Sequence record: PX418922.1
Source: a phage
DNA length: 64,000 bases
Strand: one strand, 5' to 3'
The translations under genes and the position numbers were made by a program. Below, piece after piece: positions 33,549 to 42,352 of the stretch (within the stretch, counting starts at the first letter, position 1; each line of letters opens with the position of its first letter). The notes beneath the pieces were generated by a model, which had not been told where the DNA came from, made no database searches, and worked only from the letters and a program-made list of their open reading frames with translations.

Positions 33549-33830
33549 ATGGAACTCGTTCAAGAATTGTATAATGCTTTAGGAGCAAAAGGAAAAGATT
33601 GGCCCGAACATGCGCTTATTGCTATAAGAGACTCCGATGGTGAGATTAAGTTTTCAAGCGTAAGTAAAGAGCACATCGTAGAAACAAAACTGGGTATTTA
33701 CATGCGTGGAACTTATTGCTTATTCAACACCAGAATGGTAGAAGCTCCTGTTATTGAAAATGGGACAAAAGATTGCCCCACAATCGTAACAAAAGCTGAA
33801 TATGAGAAGTTTTTCTACGCTAAGGCTTGA
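33549..33830 (+). CDS. hypothetical protein (93 aa)
   Basis: RBS AAGGAGG before ATG. Confidence 0.55.
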   Translation: MELVQELYNALGAKGKDWPEHALIAIRDSDGEIKFSSVSKEHIVETKLGIYMRGTYCLFNTRMVEAPVIENGTKDCPTIVTKAEYEKFFYAKA

Positions 33831-33874
33831 CACAGGAACAATACTATAGGATAGTAATCCTATCGTAGCAATAG

Positions 33875-33897
33875 AACCCGCTTCGGCGGGTTTTTTC
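33875..33897 (+). terminator. rho-independent terminator (CUUCGG hairpin)
   Basis: AACCCGC-TTCG-GCGGGTT followed by TTTTTT. Confidence 0.7.
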
Positions 33898-33921
33898 ATA
33901 TCTGTAGCAATAGGAGGTCGT

Positions 33922-34152
33922 GTGTTAAATAAAATCGAAGAAGGTTGTATGGCATTTTTGGTAGATAACCCGTTTCCCTTTATGGTTAAGGTCCATGTAG
34001 GAGAGTATTTAGGTTATGACGAATGGGATTGTATTATCAATAGTGAAATGCACCACTACCAACCAACAATACTTAAGACGGATCAAATGGCGCGTATTAC
34101 AGTAGAGGATGAATTGATCATTGAGTTATACGAGAGAGCACTACACAAGTAA
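33922..34152 (+). CDS. hypothetical protein (76 aa)
   Basis: GTG start 33922 with RBS AGGAGG 5 nt upstream. Confidence 0.45.
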   Translation: MLNKIEEGCMAFLVDNPFPFMVKVHVGEYLGYDEWDCIINSEMHHYQPTILKTDQMARITVEDELIIELYERALHK

Positions 34153-34193
34153 GCTAGAACCCACCTAAATCGAACAGAGACGCTCTAAAATAG

Positions 34194-34224
34194 AAAAGGC
34201 ACCCACTTGGGTGCCTTTGTTTTA
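34194..34224. terminator. bidirectional terminator at convergence of plus and minus gene blocks
   Basis: AAAAGGCACCC-ACTT-GGGTGCCTTT with A-run upstream and T-run downstream. Confidence 0.65.
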
Positions 34225-34494
34225 TTCTTCGTTAGATTGCGTTTCAGACGCGTTAAATTCGGTTTCAGTACAACTTGCTAGGTAACTTATATTTTGCATC
34301 ACTACAACTACAGGTGTTTGAAGTTTATCTTCTAGCCCAGCAGCCACTTGAGCCAAAGCATTATCAATATTCGATTTCCTAACACCTGTTCCATGTCCTG
34401 TTGCCAAGTAAAGATTACCTTCCCCTTTTTGTGTAGCATTGGCAAAGTAGTAAACGTAATGTGCAAGGTAGTAATCACGGATTTCTTCAGTCAT
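34222..34494 (-). CDS. hypothetical protein (90 aa)
   Basis: Minus-strand ORF; RBS AGGAG upstream. Confidence 0.5.
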   Translation of the reverse strand: MTEEIRDYYLAHYVYYFANATQKGEGNLYLATGHGTGVRKSNIDNALAQVAAGLEDKLQTPVVVVMQNISYLASCTETEFNASETQSNEE

Positions 34495-34514
34495 TTTATT
34501 CTCCTAATAAGAAA

Positions 34515-34528
34515 GGGGCCGAAGCCCC
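34515..34528 (-). terminator. GGGGCUUCGGCCCC tetraloop hairpin (terminator/attenuator)
   Basis: Minus-strand GGGGC-TTCG-GCCCC followed by TTTCTT, between Sir2 gene and next RBS. Confidence 0.5.
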
Positions 34529-34537
34529 TTGAGTGGT

Positions 34538-35338
34538 TTATTTGTTTAAGTGGTCTTCGACCATTTTAATAAAACCTTCATTGCTGAAGGCTGTTGCAGC
34601 TTTTTCTCGGTAAACAAAAACTCCACGATCTTCATAGAGAAGTGTTTCTTCGTAATTAACTTCAGGGTTAACTACAACCATTTTTGTCCCGATGTTAAGA
34701 GCAGGAAAAAGCTCCCAGTTAAAATTGATAACTTGATTAGAGCAACCCACTACAATCACCATATCTTGAGCCGTCAAGCCGTCTAAGATGTGGTACATAT
34801 CGTTATACAATGGGGCAGTCTCCCCAAAGAACACTACATTAGGCTTCACATACTTGTAATCATCTACATCGATAGCAGCATAGCCAACATCTTTGATGAT
34901 TCTATTGTCTACGATCACTTCAGGCAGGAAGCCGTGAACATGTAGAACATCTTCATGAACAACACCCGCTTGTTCCAGAAGATCATCTACGTTTGTCGTG
35001 ATGTTGATAACACGATCACAGCCGTACTCTTGAAACCATTCCGCGATCTGGTAATGCGCAGCGTTAGGAGTTACACTATCCATCTCTACGCGACGTTTAT
35101 TGTAGAAGTCATGAGTTTTACGGTAGAGGTTGTATCCCTCTGCATCTAATCCGCCAACAGCCCCAGGAACACACTGTTCTTGTTGGTATCCAGCACGGAA
35201 GTTGAAAATGTCACACACTTCAGAAAGGTCGTATTCATCCCACAAAGCTTTCCCACTATCTGTATCAGTGCGGAAAGTACGTACACCGCTATCGGCGCTT
35301 AAGCCAGCGCCGCTGATCACTATTAATCGTCTTGGCAT
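34538..35338 (-). CDS. Sir2-family NAD-dependent protein (sirtuin-like)
   Basis: GAGLSADSGVRTFR NAD-binding motif, TTNVDDL, catalytic-type HVHG, VVFFGE; no CxxC zinc ribbon seen. Confidence 0.6.
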   Translation of the reverse strand: MPRRLIVISGAGLSADSGVRTFRTDTDSGKALWDEYDLSEVCDIFNFRAGYQQEQCVPGAVGGLDAEGYNLYRKTHDFYNKRRVEMDSVTPNAAHYQIAEWFQEYGCDRVINITTNVDDLLEQAGVVHEDVLHVHGFLPEVIVDNRIIKDVGYAAIDVDDYKYVKPNVVFFGETAPLYNDMYHILDGLTAQDMVIVVGCSNQVINFNWELFPALNIGTKMVVVNPEVNYEETLLYEDRGVFVYREKAATAFSNEGFIKMVEDHLNK

Positions 35339-35835
35339 TCTTCCTCCTCATAATCATCATAATCTTCATCATCCAAATCGTACACTTCGTCTTGAGAATA
35401 ACTCACTTCAAAGTAAATATCAAACTCTGCAAACAAACGTAGAATGTTGGACATGCTGTAATAGTTATCATAAGCTTCCTCTGCTTCATAGTAGAGGCGT
35501 AGCAAACGTTCAGCTTCTTCGTCTTCTACCCATTTATGATCAACATAAACAGAAGCGGCATAAATATTGTAGGCTTGTTCTCGACTATCAGCAAGATTTC
35601 GGCTTAACAGTTCAGGGAAGTCTTTACCATTTACATTTAGTCTTCCGCATAACCACAAAGCAATATCATGCCAATCTGCATCCTCTCCGCTGAAGCAGCT
35701 TGCGACTTCGCCAAACTTGGCATCCCCTAAGTCTCCGCTAATAGTGATCATGGTTGAACTATTGTAACCACAAGTTTCGCAATTTGAACAACTGTTGTGC
35801 ACATGAATTTCTACTTGAAACATATTTCCTCCCAT
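35323..35835 (-). CDS. hypothetical protein with acidic C-terminus (170 aa)
   Basis: Minus-strand ORF overlapping Sir2 start; C-terminal DLDDEDYDDYEEEE. Confidence 0.5.
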   Translation of the reverse strand: MGGNMFQVEIHVHNSCSNCETCGYNSSTMITISGDLGDAKFGEVASCFSGEDADWHDIALWLCGRLNVNGKDFPELLSRNLADSREQAYNIYAASVYVDHKWVEDEEAERLLRLYYEAEEAYDNYYSMSNILRLFAEFDIYFEVSYSQDEVYDLDDEDYDDYEEEECQDD

Positions 35836-35881
35836 AAAAGAAAAGCCCCCTGAAACAGGAGGCTTTGTTCAGATTCTGACA

Positions 35882-36532
35882 CTATACCAGACTTTGTAGG
35901 TATTTGTCAAGGGCTTCTTGATCACCTTGACAAACATAGCAACGGAAGTCTTGAGCCGAAGGTTGTTTATTCTCATCCCAGTCCCACATTATATTACCTT
36001 TGTAACGTGAACCAGGGAAGTCGAAAAATGCTGTATGGGTGATGTGGTGTGGACCGCCCCAAACCTCTGTAAAGGTGAACTGCGGATACGCTACCTTCAC
36101 CGCCTCCATAAACCAAGCTTTACGAATCAAAGCATTGTTGATAAAATGCGCGTGACGTTCCATTTCTTCCCAGTTCTTCCACACGCTTTTCTCGTCAAGG
36201 GAAAATACAAGATCCTCTTCAATATACAAGCCATCTTCGCATTCGTCAAAATCTGCCTCAAGACCTCCTACAGGTTCGTCGAGTCTAACACCATCAAAAG
36301 CAGAATATACCCACCAACCATCTTCCAGTAAGGCTTTGATAGGGACGAAGCCTTTATCAGCATATTGATCGAATTGTTTCACACGGTGGCTTGTGCAGTC
36401 TTCAAACTCACATTCTAAACGATATGCACCTTTTCGACGAGCCTCAAGACCGTGTGTACTGAAAATAACAACACTTCCTTCACCATCATTACGATCTACT
36501 TGATAAGCAACTACTGGTTTTGAATTTGACAT
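35882..36532 (-). CDS. hypothetical protein (216 aa)
   Basis: Minus-strand ORF. Confidence 0.5.
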   Translation of the reverse strand: MSNSKPVVAYQVDRNDGEGSVVIFSTHGLEARRKGAYRLECEFEDCTSHRVKQFDQYADKGFVPIKALLEDGWWVYSAFDGVRLDEPVGGLEADFDECEDGLYIEEDLVFSLDEKSVWKNWEEMERHAHFINNALIRKAWFMEAVKVAYPQFTFTEVWGGPHHITHTAFFDFPGSRYKGNIMWDWDENKQPSAQDFRCYVCQGDQEALDKYLQSLV

Positions 36533-37215
36533 TATTTCTCCTTATCTAGAAGATTGTTAGACAAAAACACGGCACGAGCAAAACCACGTGCGGTTAGGGA
36601 TCTAAGTTGTTTTGTTTTTGCACTAGCTCCACCTAAGCTTTTCCAACCCCAGAAGCAGCCTATATGATCTACTGGTTTCTTCACTGGTTGAACAAAACCA
36701 TTGCCGTGCCAAATACAAGTTTTCTTTGTATACCCATCACGGGTAGGCATTTTAGGATGAAAGCTTCCTTCCTCTTCAAACAAATACCCACCATATTCAT
36801 AAGGATTAAAGTAAAAATCGGGTTTACGCCATAAGGTTGAAAGTTTACCTACTGGGTTCTCAATCATCCAAGGAACATTATATTTGTTACCCAAAGCTTC
36901 CACTACACGAATATTAGCTAAAGCTTCATCTAATTCCTCTGTGCTACGTTCGTGTTTGCTACCACTACCTGCTAACATAGTACAAGGTGGAAATCCAAAA
37001 ATAATATCGGGTTTAGGTATCCCATGATCTTCAGGGTTGAATGTAGAATCTATCCAGGCATTCACATAGGTTATGTTTGGGTGCTCCATCCTAACCTCGT
37101 ATTTACCGTGATCCCCTTCATCAGCGTTTACACAAAAACACTTGTGACCTGCTTCGGCATAACGTAACACCATGATCCCAGATCCGTCAAACATAGACAA
37201 AACTGTTTTACTCAT
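36532..37215 (-). CDS. DNA (cytosine-5)-methyltransferase-like protein
   Basis: Motif I LSMFDGSG, motif IV FGFPPC, motif VI-like ENPVG; start ATG 37215 with RBS GGAGGGG; short for the family (227 aa). Confidence 0.5.
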   Translation of the reverse strand: MSKTVLSMFDGSGIMVLRYAEAGHKCFCVNADEGDHGKYEVRMEHPNITYVNAWIDSTFNPEDHGIPKPDIIFGFPPCTMLAGSGSKHERSTEELDEALANIRVVEALGNKYNVPWMIENPVGKLSTLWRKPDFYFNPYEYGGYLFEEEGSFHPKMPTRDGYTKKTCIWHGNGFVQPVKKPVDHIGCFWGWKSLGGASAKTKQLRSLTARGFARAVFLSNNLLDKEK

Positions 37216-37621
37216 TACCCCTCCATTCAAGACAAGCCATAACTTTACGCCAATCACTTTCTGTAAGAAAAATCTCGTTTGCTTTCTTCCACAAATCTAA
37301 ATCGTGAAGGGTTGGAATACGATATGTTAGTTCACAGAATCTATGCTCTTCTTCTGTAATATAACCAAAATGCAGAGCCACATCGTGAAACCAACACCAA
37401 CCATGCATCTCTCGAACAACATGGTCATGCTGAGACATTGTTTTATGCCGTAAACCTAACCAACAAGGAACAGATACTTTAGTAGTCTTTAATCTGTGAT
37501 CAACAGTATTAGAGTATTCAATAATAGCTGTCAGTTTCAATCGTGCTTTTTCTAAATCCTCATGGGTCACTTTGAAATAACTTTCTGAAAGATATCCACA
37601 CATATTAATAACCTCCTTCAA
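37208..37621 (-). CDS. hypothetical protein (137 aa)
   Basis: Minus-strand ORF with several His/Cys/Trp. Confidence 0.5.
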   Translation of the reverse strand: MKEVINMCGYLSESYFKVTHEDLEKARLKLTAIIEYSNTVDHRLKTTKVSVPCWLGLRHKTMSQHDHVVREMHGWCWFHDVALHFGYITEEEHRFCELTYRIPTLHDLDLWKKANEIFLTESDWRKVMACLEWRGNE

Positions 37622-38546
37622 AAGGCTTTACTACATGTTGATTAGCTTTAAAACGTTCAACATAGTCGTTTTCACCCATGTTTTCATATAGTTTAGTAAC
37701 AACATAAAAGTTTTCCCAAGCATATTCCCTAAACCAACCACTAGTGATGGAGGTGCAGACTTTTGATAAAGCCATTATAAAACTTTGCTTAGGGGTTGGA
37801 CCTCCGATCTCTTCACCGAAAGGAATTTGTGAACGTTCCAAAGCCAAAACACACGCTTCTTCATAAACACCTAACAGGCGCACATGTTTTGGTTGAGCAA
37901 AAAACTTTTCTTTGCTGGTCATAACTTCACTTCCATCTTTCATATAAGATTTATATGCTGGAGCATCCATTAACGCGATTGCTTCATGGATAGAATCATG
38001 ATCATAAACATACGGAACCTCGTCACCTTTAAAGAACTCTTTACTTTTTACGTTTAAGTTCGGATGAGAGTAAGTGTATGTTTCTTTCTCACGCAACTCA
38101 TAAATACTCTTAAGATTTTCTGGGATCTTTGCGCCCAGTGACCGCATGAAATGAATATCTTTCATAGTTTTAAAGAAGTGAGGACTATCCTTTTTAAAAC
38201 GATGACTCATTTTAAGAAGGTAGAGCACATCTAAAGGAGCAACAACATGTCCAGCGTAAGTTCGACGAACATCATCAGAATCTTCACAATAACTAATCAA
38301 AGCTTCTGTGCTATCTCCTTGAGAAGCAATATCGTATTCCAAATGTGCACCAGCTATCATTTTGACATGGCCTTTGTTCCCTTTACGTTCTACAAGTTCA
38401 ACAAACTCGTCTTGAGAGAACATTTTTGATAATTCTTCCCACTCTTGTTCTGTACACAGGTAATCTAAATCTACACAAGGGCGATACAAGTCTTTTCCCA
38501 TGTCCATAGCATGAATTTGTAATGCACGGCTACCAATTAACACCAT
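37605..38546 (-). CDS. hypothetical protein, possible nucleotidyltransferase-fold (313 aa)
   Basis: N-terminal IGSRAL...VDLDYL resembles GS..DxD NTase signature with longer spacing; RBS GAGGAG. Confidence 0.4.
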   Translation of the reverse strand: MVLIGSRALQIHAMDMGKDLYRPCVDLDYLCTEQEWEELSKMFSQDEFVELVERKGNKGHVKMIAGAHLEYDIASQGDSTEALISYCEDSDDVRRTYAGHVVAPLDVLYLLKMSHRFKKDSPHFFKTMKDIHFMRSLGAKIPENLKSIYELREKETYTYSHPNLNVKSKEFFKGDEVPYVYDHDSIHEAIALMDAPAYKSYMKDGSEVMTSKEKFFAQPKHVRLLGVYEEACVLALERSQIPFGEEIGGPTPKQSFIMALSKVCTSITSGWFREYAWENFYVVTKLYENMGENDYVERFKANQHVVKPFEGGY

Positions 38547-38576
38547 AATATTTCTCCTCTATTGGTTGATAGGTTA

Positions 38577-38605
38577 AGTTTATCAAGCTTCCAGATTCCT
38601 GTCAA
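38577..38605 (-). promoter_or_regulatory. sigma70-like promoter on minus strand
   Basis: Minus-strand TTGACA-N17-TAAACT immediately after terminator hairpin. Confidence 0.5.
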
Positions 38606-38627
38606 TAAAAAACCCGCCGAAGCGGGT
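38606..38627 (-). terminator. rho-independent terminator (CUUCGG hairpin), minus strand
   Basis: Minus-strand AACCCGC-TTCG-GCGGGTT followed by TTTTTT. Confidence 0.65.
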
Positions 38628-38636
38628 TATTATTTA

Positions 38637-38909
38637 CTAACACATTGAGGAAGAAGAGATCCAAACACCTCTTGTGGTTAAACCATTTTCATCCAACTCT
38701 ACACCATAATCTTCACAAATGAAATCAATATAGTGATCTGCGGCTGGCGTTCCTGTAGGGTAATAAGTTTCTCCGTTACCGTAGTCACCTATCCAAGCTT
38801 GTTCCTGAAACTGTTCACAAAGTTCTTCAATTTCCTTACGAAACTTTCCTTGTGCTTGTTCCATCTCTTTAACTTTCTTTTTTATCAGCAGTTCGCCTTC
38901 AGACTCCAC
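38637..38909 (-). CDS. small acidic protein with C-terminal W-x-SSS-x-C motif (paralogue 1)
   Basis: GTG start with RBS AAGGAGAG; C-terminus GVWISSSSMC. Confidence 0.5.
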   Translation of the reverse strand: MESEGELLIKKKVKEMEQAQGKFRKEIEELCEQFQEQAWIGDYGNGETYYPTGTPAADHYIDFICEDYGVELDENGLTTRGVWISSSSMC

Positions 38910-38918
38910 AATCTCTCC

Positions 38919-39137
38919 TTAACAGCTACTACTGTGCCAAACGCCTTGAGAATTAACAACGAAACCATCATCACCTTCACCATAACAAGAAGAGGATTGC
39001 CAATCTTCAAAACAGATTGCGTCATCTTCTAAACTAAGACCAAAACCAGCATCTTCAGCTTCTTTTGTAAGTTCGTCCACCAAAGCCATAATAGCTTGGG
39101 CTTTTTCAGTTAATTCTTCAACATTACGATAACTCAT
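38919..39137 (-). CDS. small acidic protein with C-terminal W-x-SSS-C motif (paralogue 2)
   Basis: ATG 39137 with RBS GAGGAG; shared VEEL..A..L..E block; C-terminus GVWHSSSC. Confidence 0.5.
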   Translation of the reverse strand: MSYRNVEELTEKAQAIMALVDELTKEAEDAGFGLSLEDDAICFEDWQSSSCYGEGDDGFVVNSQGVWHSSSC

Positions 39138-39451
39138 TAGTATTTCTCCTCTGGTTGGAAAACGGAACGACAAGCCCACATACTAGCTTCTTTTAAATGT
39201 TTAATAGCACAACGGATTTGATCAATACGTTCGTATGCAAGATCTAATTCTTTTTCTGTGCCGTCAAAAGACCCATGATATGCTTCACAATACTCTTCCT
39301 CTAAAGCTTTGAAGATTAAACCTAAACGCTCTTCTGCATCTTTAATAGCGTTAACCTTGCCAATCTTATCGTCAGTATGCGCCTTATAACCTTTGATATC
39401 TTCGATTCCCACTTTACCTCCTATTAACAACTTAAAGAAGATGGATGCCAA
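39137..39451 (-). CDS. hypothetical protein (104 aa)
   Basis: Minus-strand ORF overlapping neighbours by 1 nt. Confidence 0.5.
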   Translation of the reverse strand: MASIFFKLLIGGKVGIEDIKGYKAHTDDKIGKVNAIKDAEERLGLIFKALEEEYCEAYHGSFDGTEKELDLAYERIDQIRCAIKHLKEASMWACRSVFQPEEKY

Positions 39452-39621
39452 TTTGTTCCAGTATTCTCATTTTCATCTTCTGGATCATAATAGCCACCCA
39501 TCCCATATTCAGGGGAGAAACGGAAACCTTTACCAGTCTCATCTGCTAACTGCTCTGCTTCCGCTAAAGCCTCATAAGCTGCTTTTACGGCTTCTTCTAC
39601 TGTTTTAAACTTGGTCGTCAT
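39424..39621 (-). CDS. small acidic protein with C-terminal W-x-SS-x-SC motif (paralogue 3)
   Basis: RBS AGGAGAGGAG; VEEAVKAAYEALAEAE block; C-terminus NWHPSSLSC. Confidence 0.5.
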   Translation of the reverse strand: MTTKFKTVEEAVKAAYEALAEAEQLADETGKGFRFSPEYGMGGYYDPEDENENTGTNWHPSSLSC

Positions 39622-39895
39622 AAAATTTCTCCTCTCCTAAAGACATGTTGACATGAAATGCACGATATGTAAATTCGTTGTCCGTTGTGTTTGAATAAAA
39701 CTCAAATTGAACAACACCGTCTTGAGAAGACAGATACATGCCAATTTGAACTGTTCCTTCTGGTACCAGGTAAGCATACTCTGGACGTAGTGTTACATTG
39801 TAAAAATAAAGTTCCCCAACACCCATTTCATCCCAAGCTTCCCAAGCGGTAACGAAGTTACTTTCAAAACTTGTTACTGATCTGAACTCTGCCAT
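39605..39895 (-). CDS. hypothetical protein (96 aa)
   Basis: Minus-strand ORF. Confidence 0.5.
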   Translation of the reverse strand: MAEFRSVTSFESNFVTAWEAWDEMGVGELYFYNVTLRPEYAYLVPEGTVQIGMYLSSQDGVVQFEFYSNTTDNEFTYRAFHVNMSLGEEKFYDDQV

Positions 39896-40386
39896 AAAAC
39901 CTCCTCAATCTTGTAGTTTGACTCCATCTCCAATACATTTCCACGAACGTCTCTCCGAAGAAAGGCATAAGCTTTATTAGGTATTGTAGACTCATATTTA
40001 ACCATATCTGGCACAGCAAAAGATACTACTACTCCTGCTGGGCTTCTGTCAAGAGCCTTATTAATATTTCTAAGGATATCGTTAGCCAAGATTTCTGCCA
40101 ATTCTCCAAGAACGGTTTCGGTTATATCTTTATATCCCATTAAGTATTTGTTGATATCTTTCATCTCTGTATTGTTCAGAGTATAATCCAAAGGATAGAA
40201 ATTCAAAGCGGAGTCACTTTTATGTGTCCACATGAAATGCACCCGATCCGAGCAGAATCGTAACCCTCTTTGAAGAATATCTTCTACAACAGGCAGAATT
40301 TCTTTTGTCACATCATTAACCATGTTGTAATCTAAGATTTCTGCCAAGTTTGTTCTTTGTTCACCACGTTTACGTTTAGGAATCAC
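39874..40386 (-). CDS. hypothetical protein (170 aa)
   Basis: Minus-strand ORF. Confidence 0.5.
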   Translation of the reverse strand: MIPKRKRGEQRTNLAEILDYNMVNDVTKEILPVVEDILQRGLRFCSDRVHFMWTHKSDSALNFYPLDYTLNNTEMKDINKYLMGYKDITETVLGELAEILANDILRNINKALDRSPAGVVVSFAVPDMVKYESTIPNKAYAFLRRDVRGNVLEMESNYKIEEVLWQSSDQ

Positions 40387-40957
40387 TTGTTATTGCCCTC
40401 ATTACCAAAGGTCGTAGAAAATCGTAAATCTCTTGTTTTGTTTTCCCACGAATGTTTAAACAAGGAACATTATTGGCTTTAGCTATCTTCCAAGCCGTAG
40501 CTGTTCCACCTTTTGCATCTCCATGTTTATCAGTATTAGCACAAGCCAACAAGAAACATGATGGAGCAGGATTCTCCAAATCTCTACCTAACACTTGATG
40601 CACATTACGTTGGTGCAATTTTCTAGCACCCTGCTTAAGCTTTTCATAGGCTGGGTGAACATCTTTGATCCATTGCACAGAGATAGCATAGTTCATTGTA
40701 TCTGGTTTTGCAAGAACAATAACATCCCCTGGAATCTGATTACCTTTGAAATTTTCCCAAGGAACATAAATCTCCTTGTTAGTAGGATTTTCAGACTCTT
40801 GGACACCTGTTTCAAAAGCAGAATCACTACCCTCTGCCTTCCCAGACCTTAATTTAAACCCAAGGTTTGAAAGCCATTTCCCTATGCCTACCATCAAAGC
40901 CCACTCTTCTTCGGATATGTCTCTACTTCCAACTCCCGTATAGAACAGTTCTGCCAT
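40376..40957 (-). CDS. DprA/Smf-like (SLOG-type Rossmann) protein
   Basis: TGVGSR...SGKAEGSDSAFETGV and ..RNVHQVLG.. resemble the DprA Rossmann core; ATG 40957 with RBS GAGGTGA. Confidence 0.4.
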   Translation of the reverse strand: MAELFYTGVGSRDISEEEWALMVGIGKWLSNLGFKLRSGKAEGSDSAFETGVQESENPTNKEIYVPWENFKGNQIPGDVIVLAKPDTMNYAISVQWIKDVHPAYEKLKQGARKLHQRNVHQVLGRDLENPAPSCFLLACANTDKHGDAKGGTATAWKIAKANNVPCLNIRGKTKQEIYDFLRPLVMRAITSDS

Positions 40958-40964
40958 AATCACC

Positions 40965-41273
40965 TCAACAAGTAATTTCAAAAGGTGTATACGGTTCCGT
41001 ATTTCTCATGATCCAAGGACTGCTAGGATTGCTCGGATCATAAGGACCAAAAGGTTTTATGGTCGGTTGTGTTTCTTTCTTCTGAATCTCTTCAAAAATA
41101 CGACGAAGTTCAGAATATTCTTGATCCACCATAAGATTCGGTGCATCTGATTCTACAGCTTGCAGGTTATCTTCCTTAAGAACAATCTCACGAACAAGAT
41201 TAACATCTTCTGTTTCTAAGATAACTTCTTTACGGATATTACCTACACTTTGAATAATTGTAATCTTATACAT
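40965..41273 (-). CDS. hypothetical protein (102 aa)
   Basis: Minus-strand ORF. Confidence 0.5.
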   Translation of the reverse strand: MYKITIIQSVGNIRKEVILETEDVNLVREIVLKEDNLQAVESDAPNLMVDQEYSELRRIFEEIQKKETQPTIKPFGPYDPSNPSSPWIMRNTEPYTPFEITC

Positions 41274-42016
41274 TAATCCTCCTCAAGAGTTGAATAAAAT
41301 TGAAGACCACCGTCCATATCGAAATAAGCAAATGTTAAGTTATTATTGAACACAGATCCAGTATCCATATAAACACGATTCGCATTGATAATAGGTGTTT
41401 TTACATAAGAGTGTCCATGAAACACATAATCCACACCCATCACAACAGGAAGTTTCATTCCCTCTTTAGCACAGTCTACCATATCTCTGTCCCACATAAG
41501 TGCTTCAGCAAAACGGTTTTCCTGTGTTTTTGTCATCTTCGAAATGTATTCTGGAATATCTGTTACAGGGAGATATTCCAAAGAAGATGGATACCCACCA
41601 TGAATAAACGCAAGTTTCATGCCTCTGTAGTTAACAATGAGAACAACAGGTAAATCTTCTGTCATCATTGTTAAGGCTGTAGCTCCTTCTTCACCACATT
41701 CTTCAAAGACCGTATATCCTCCATTTTGATACCAACACTCGTAGTAGCTACGATCTCCTTCCAGCATACCTTTAATCATCATGTCTTCATGATTGCCACG
41801 AATAGCGTAGCGATTGTGTTTACGAGTAAATTCTAAAACACAACGAAAGTTTTGCTTTCCACGGTCAGTAAGATCTCCTAGAGATACAACCACATCTGTA
41901 TCTCGGATACCTAACTTTGCCTTTCCTTTTTCATACAAATTATAACAACCGTGTAGATCTCCAATTATAAAAAGATCTTGATCGCTTTTAACAGTAATTT
42001 CTCTGTGTATGATCAC
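41273..42016 (-). CDS. Ser/Thr protein phosphatase (calcineurin-like metallophosphatase)
   Basis: GDLHG, GDLTDRG, GNHE metallophosphatase motifs. Confidence 0.8.
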   Translation of the reverse strand: MIIHREITVKSDQDLFIIGDLHGCYNLYEKGKAKLGIRDTDVVVSLGDLTDRGKQNFRCVLEFTRKHNRYAIRGNHEDMMIKGMLEGDRSYYECWYQNGGYTVFEECGEEGATALTMMTEDLPVVLIVNYRGMKLAFIHGGYPSSLEYLPVTDIPEYISKMTKTQENRFAEALMWDRDMVDCAKEGMKLPVVMGVDYVFHGHSYVKTPIINANRVYMDTGSVFNNNLTFAYFDMDGGLQFYSTLEED

Positions 42017-42342
42017 TTATCCTCCTCAAAATCTAAGAAAATAAAAATATTCACCTTTCCTTCAATCTCTTGTTCTAAAACAAGATCGGCAAATTCTGCA
42101 TAAGCTTTCTCTTCAACTTTTTCAATATGTTCTGCGGCATCTTTAAAAGGCGTATCCCCATCCACCTTTACTAATAAGAAAAGAGATCGCATTTCGACGT
42201 TTTTACTGTTACGAGGAAGGAAATCTACAGCTTCAACAATTCTCCAACCCAAATAGCCAGGGGTTTTATGAATCTCCCCTAAATACTTTTCTAAGATTTT
42301 ACGACCCTCGTCGATAAGGGCTTGTTCTGTAGTAATTTCCAT
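42013..42342 (-). CDS. hypothetical protein (109 aa)
   Basis: ATGA overlap with downstream phosphatase gene. Confidence 0.5.
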   Translation of the reverse strand: MEITTEQALIDEGRKILEKYLGEIHKTPGYLGWRIVEAVDFLPRNSKNVEMRSLFLLVKVDGDTPFKDAAEHIEKVEEKAYAEFADLVLEQEIEGKVNIFIFLDFEEDK

Positions 42343-42352
42343 TCCTTCCTCC

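Noticed and set aside
33827-33860. TTGACA hexamer upstream of the terminator at 33875
   Set aside because: No acceptable -10 at 16-18 nt spacing and it sits directly in front of a terminator; the 7-bp palindrome ATAGGAT-AGTA-ATCCTAT here is more likely a protein-binding site than a promoter.
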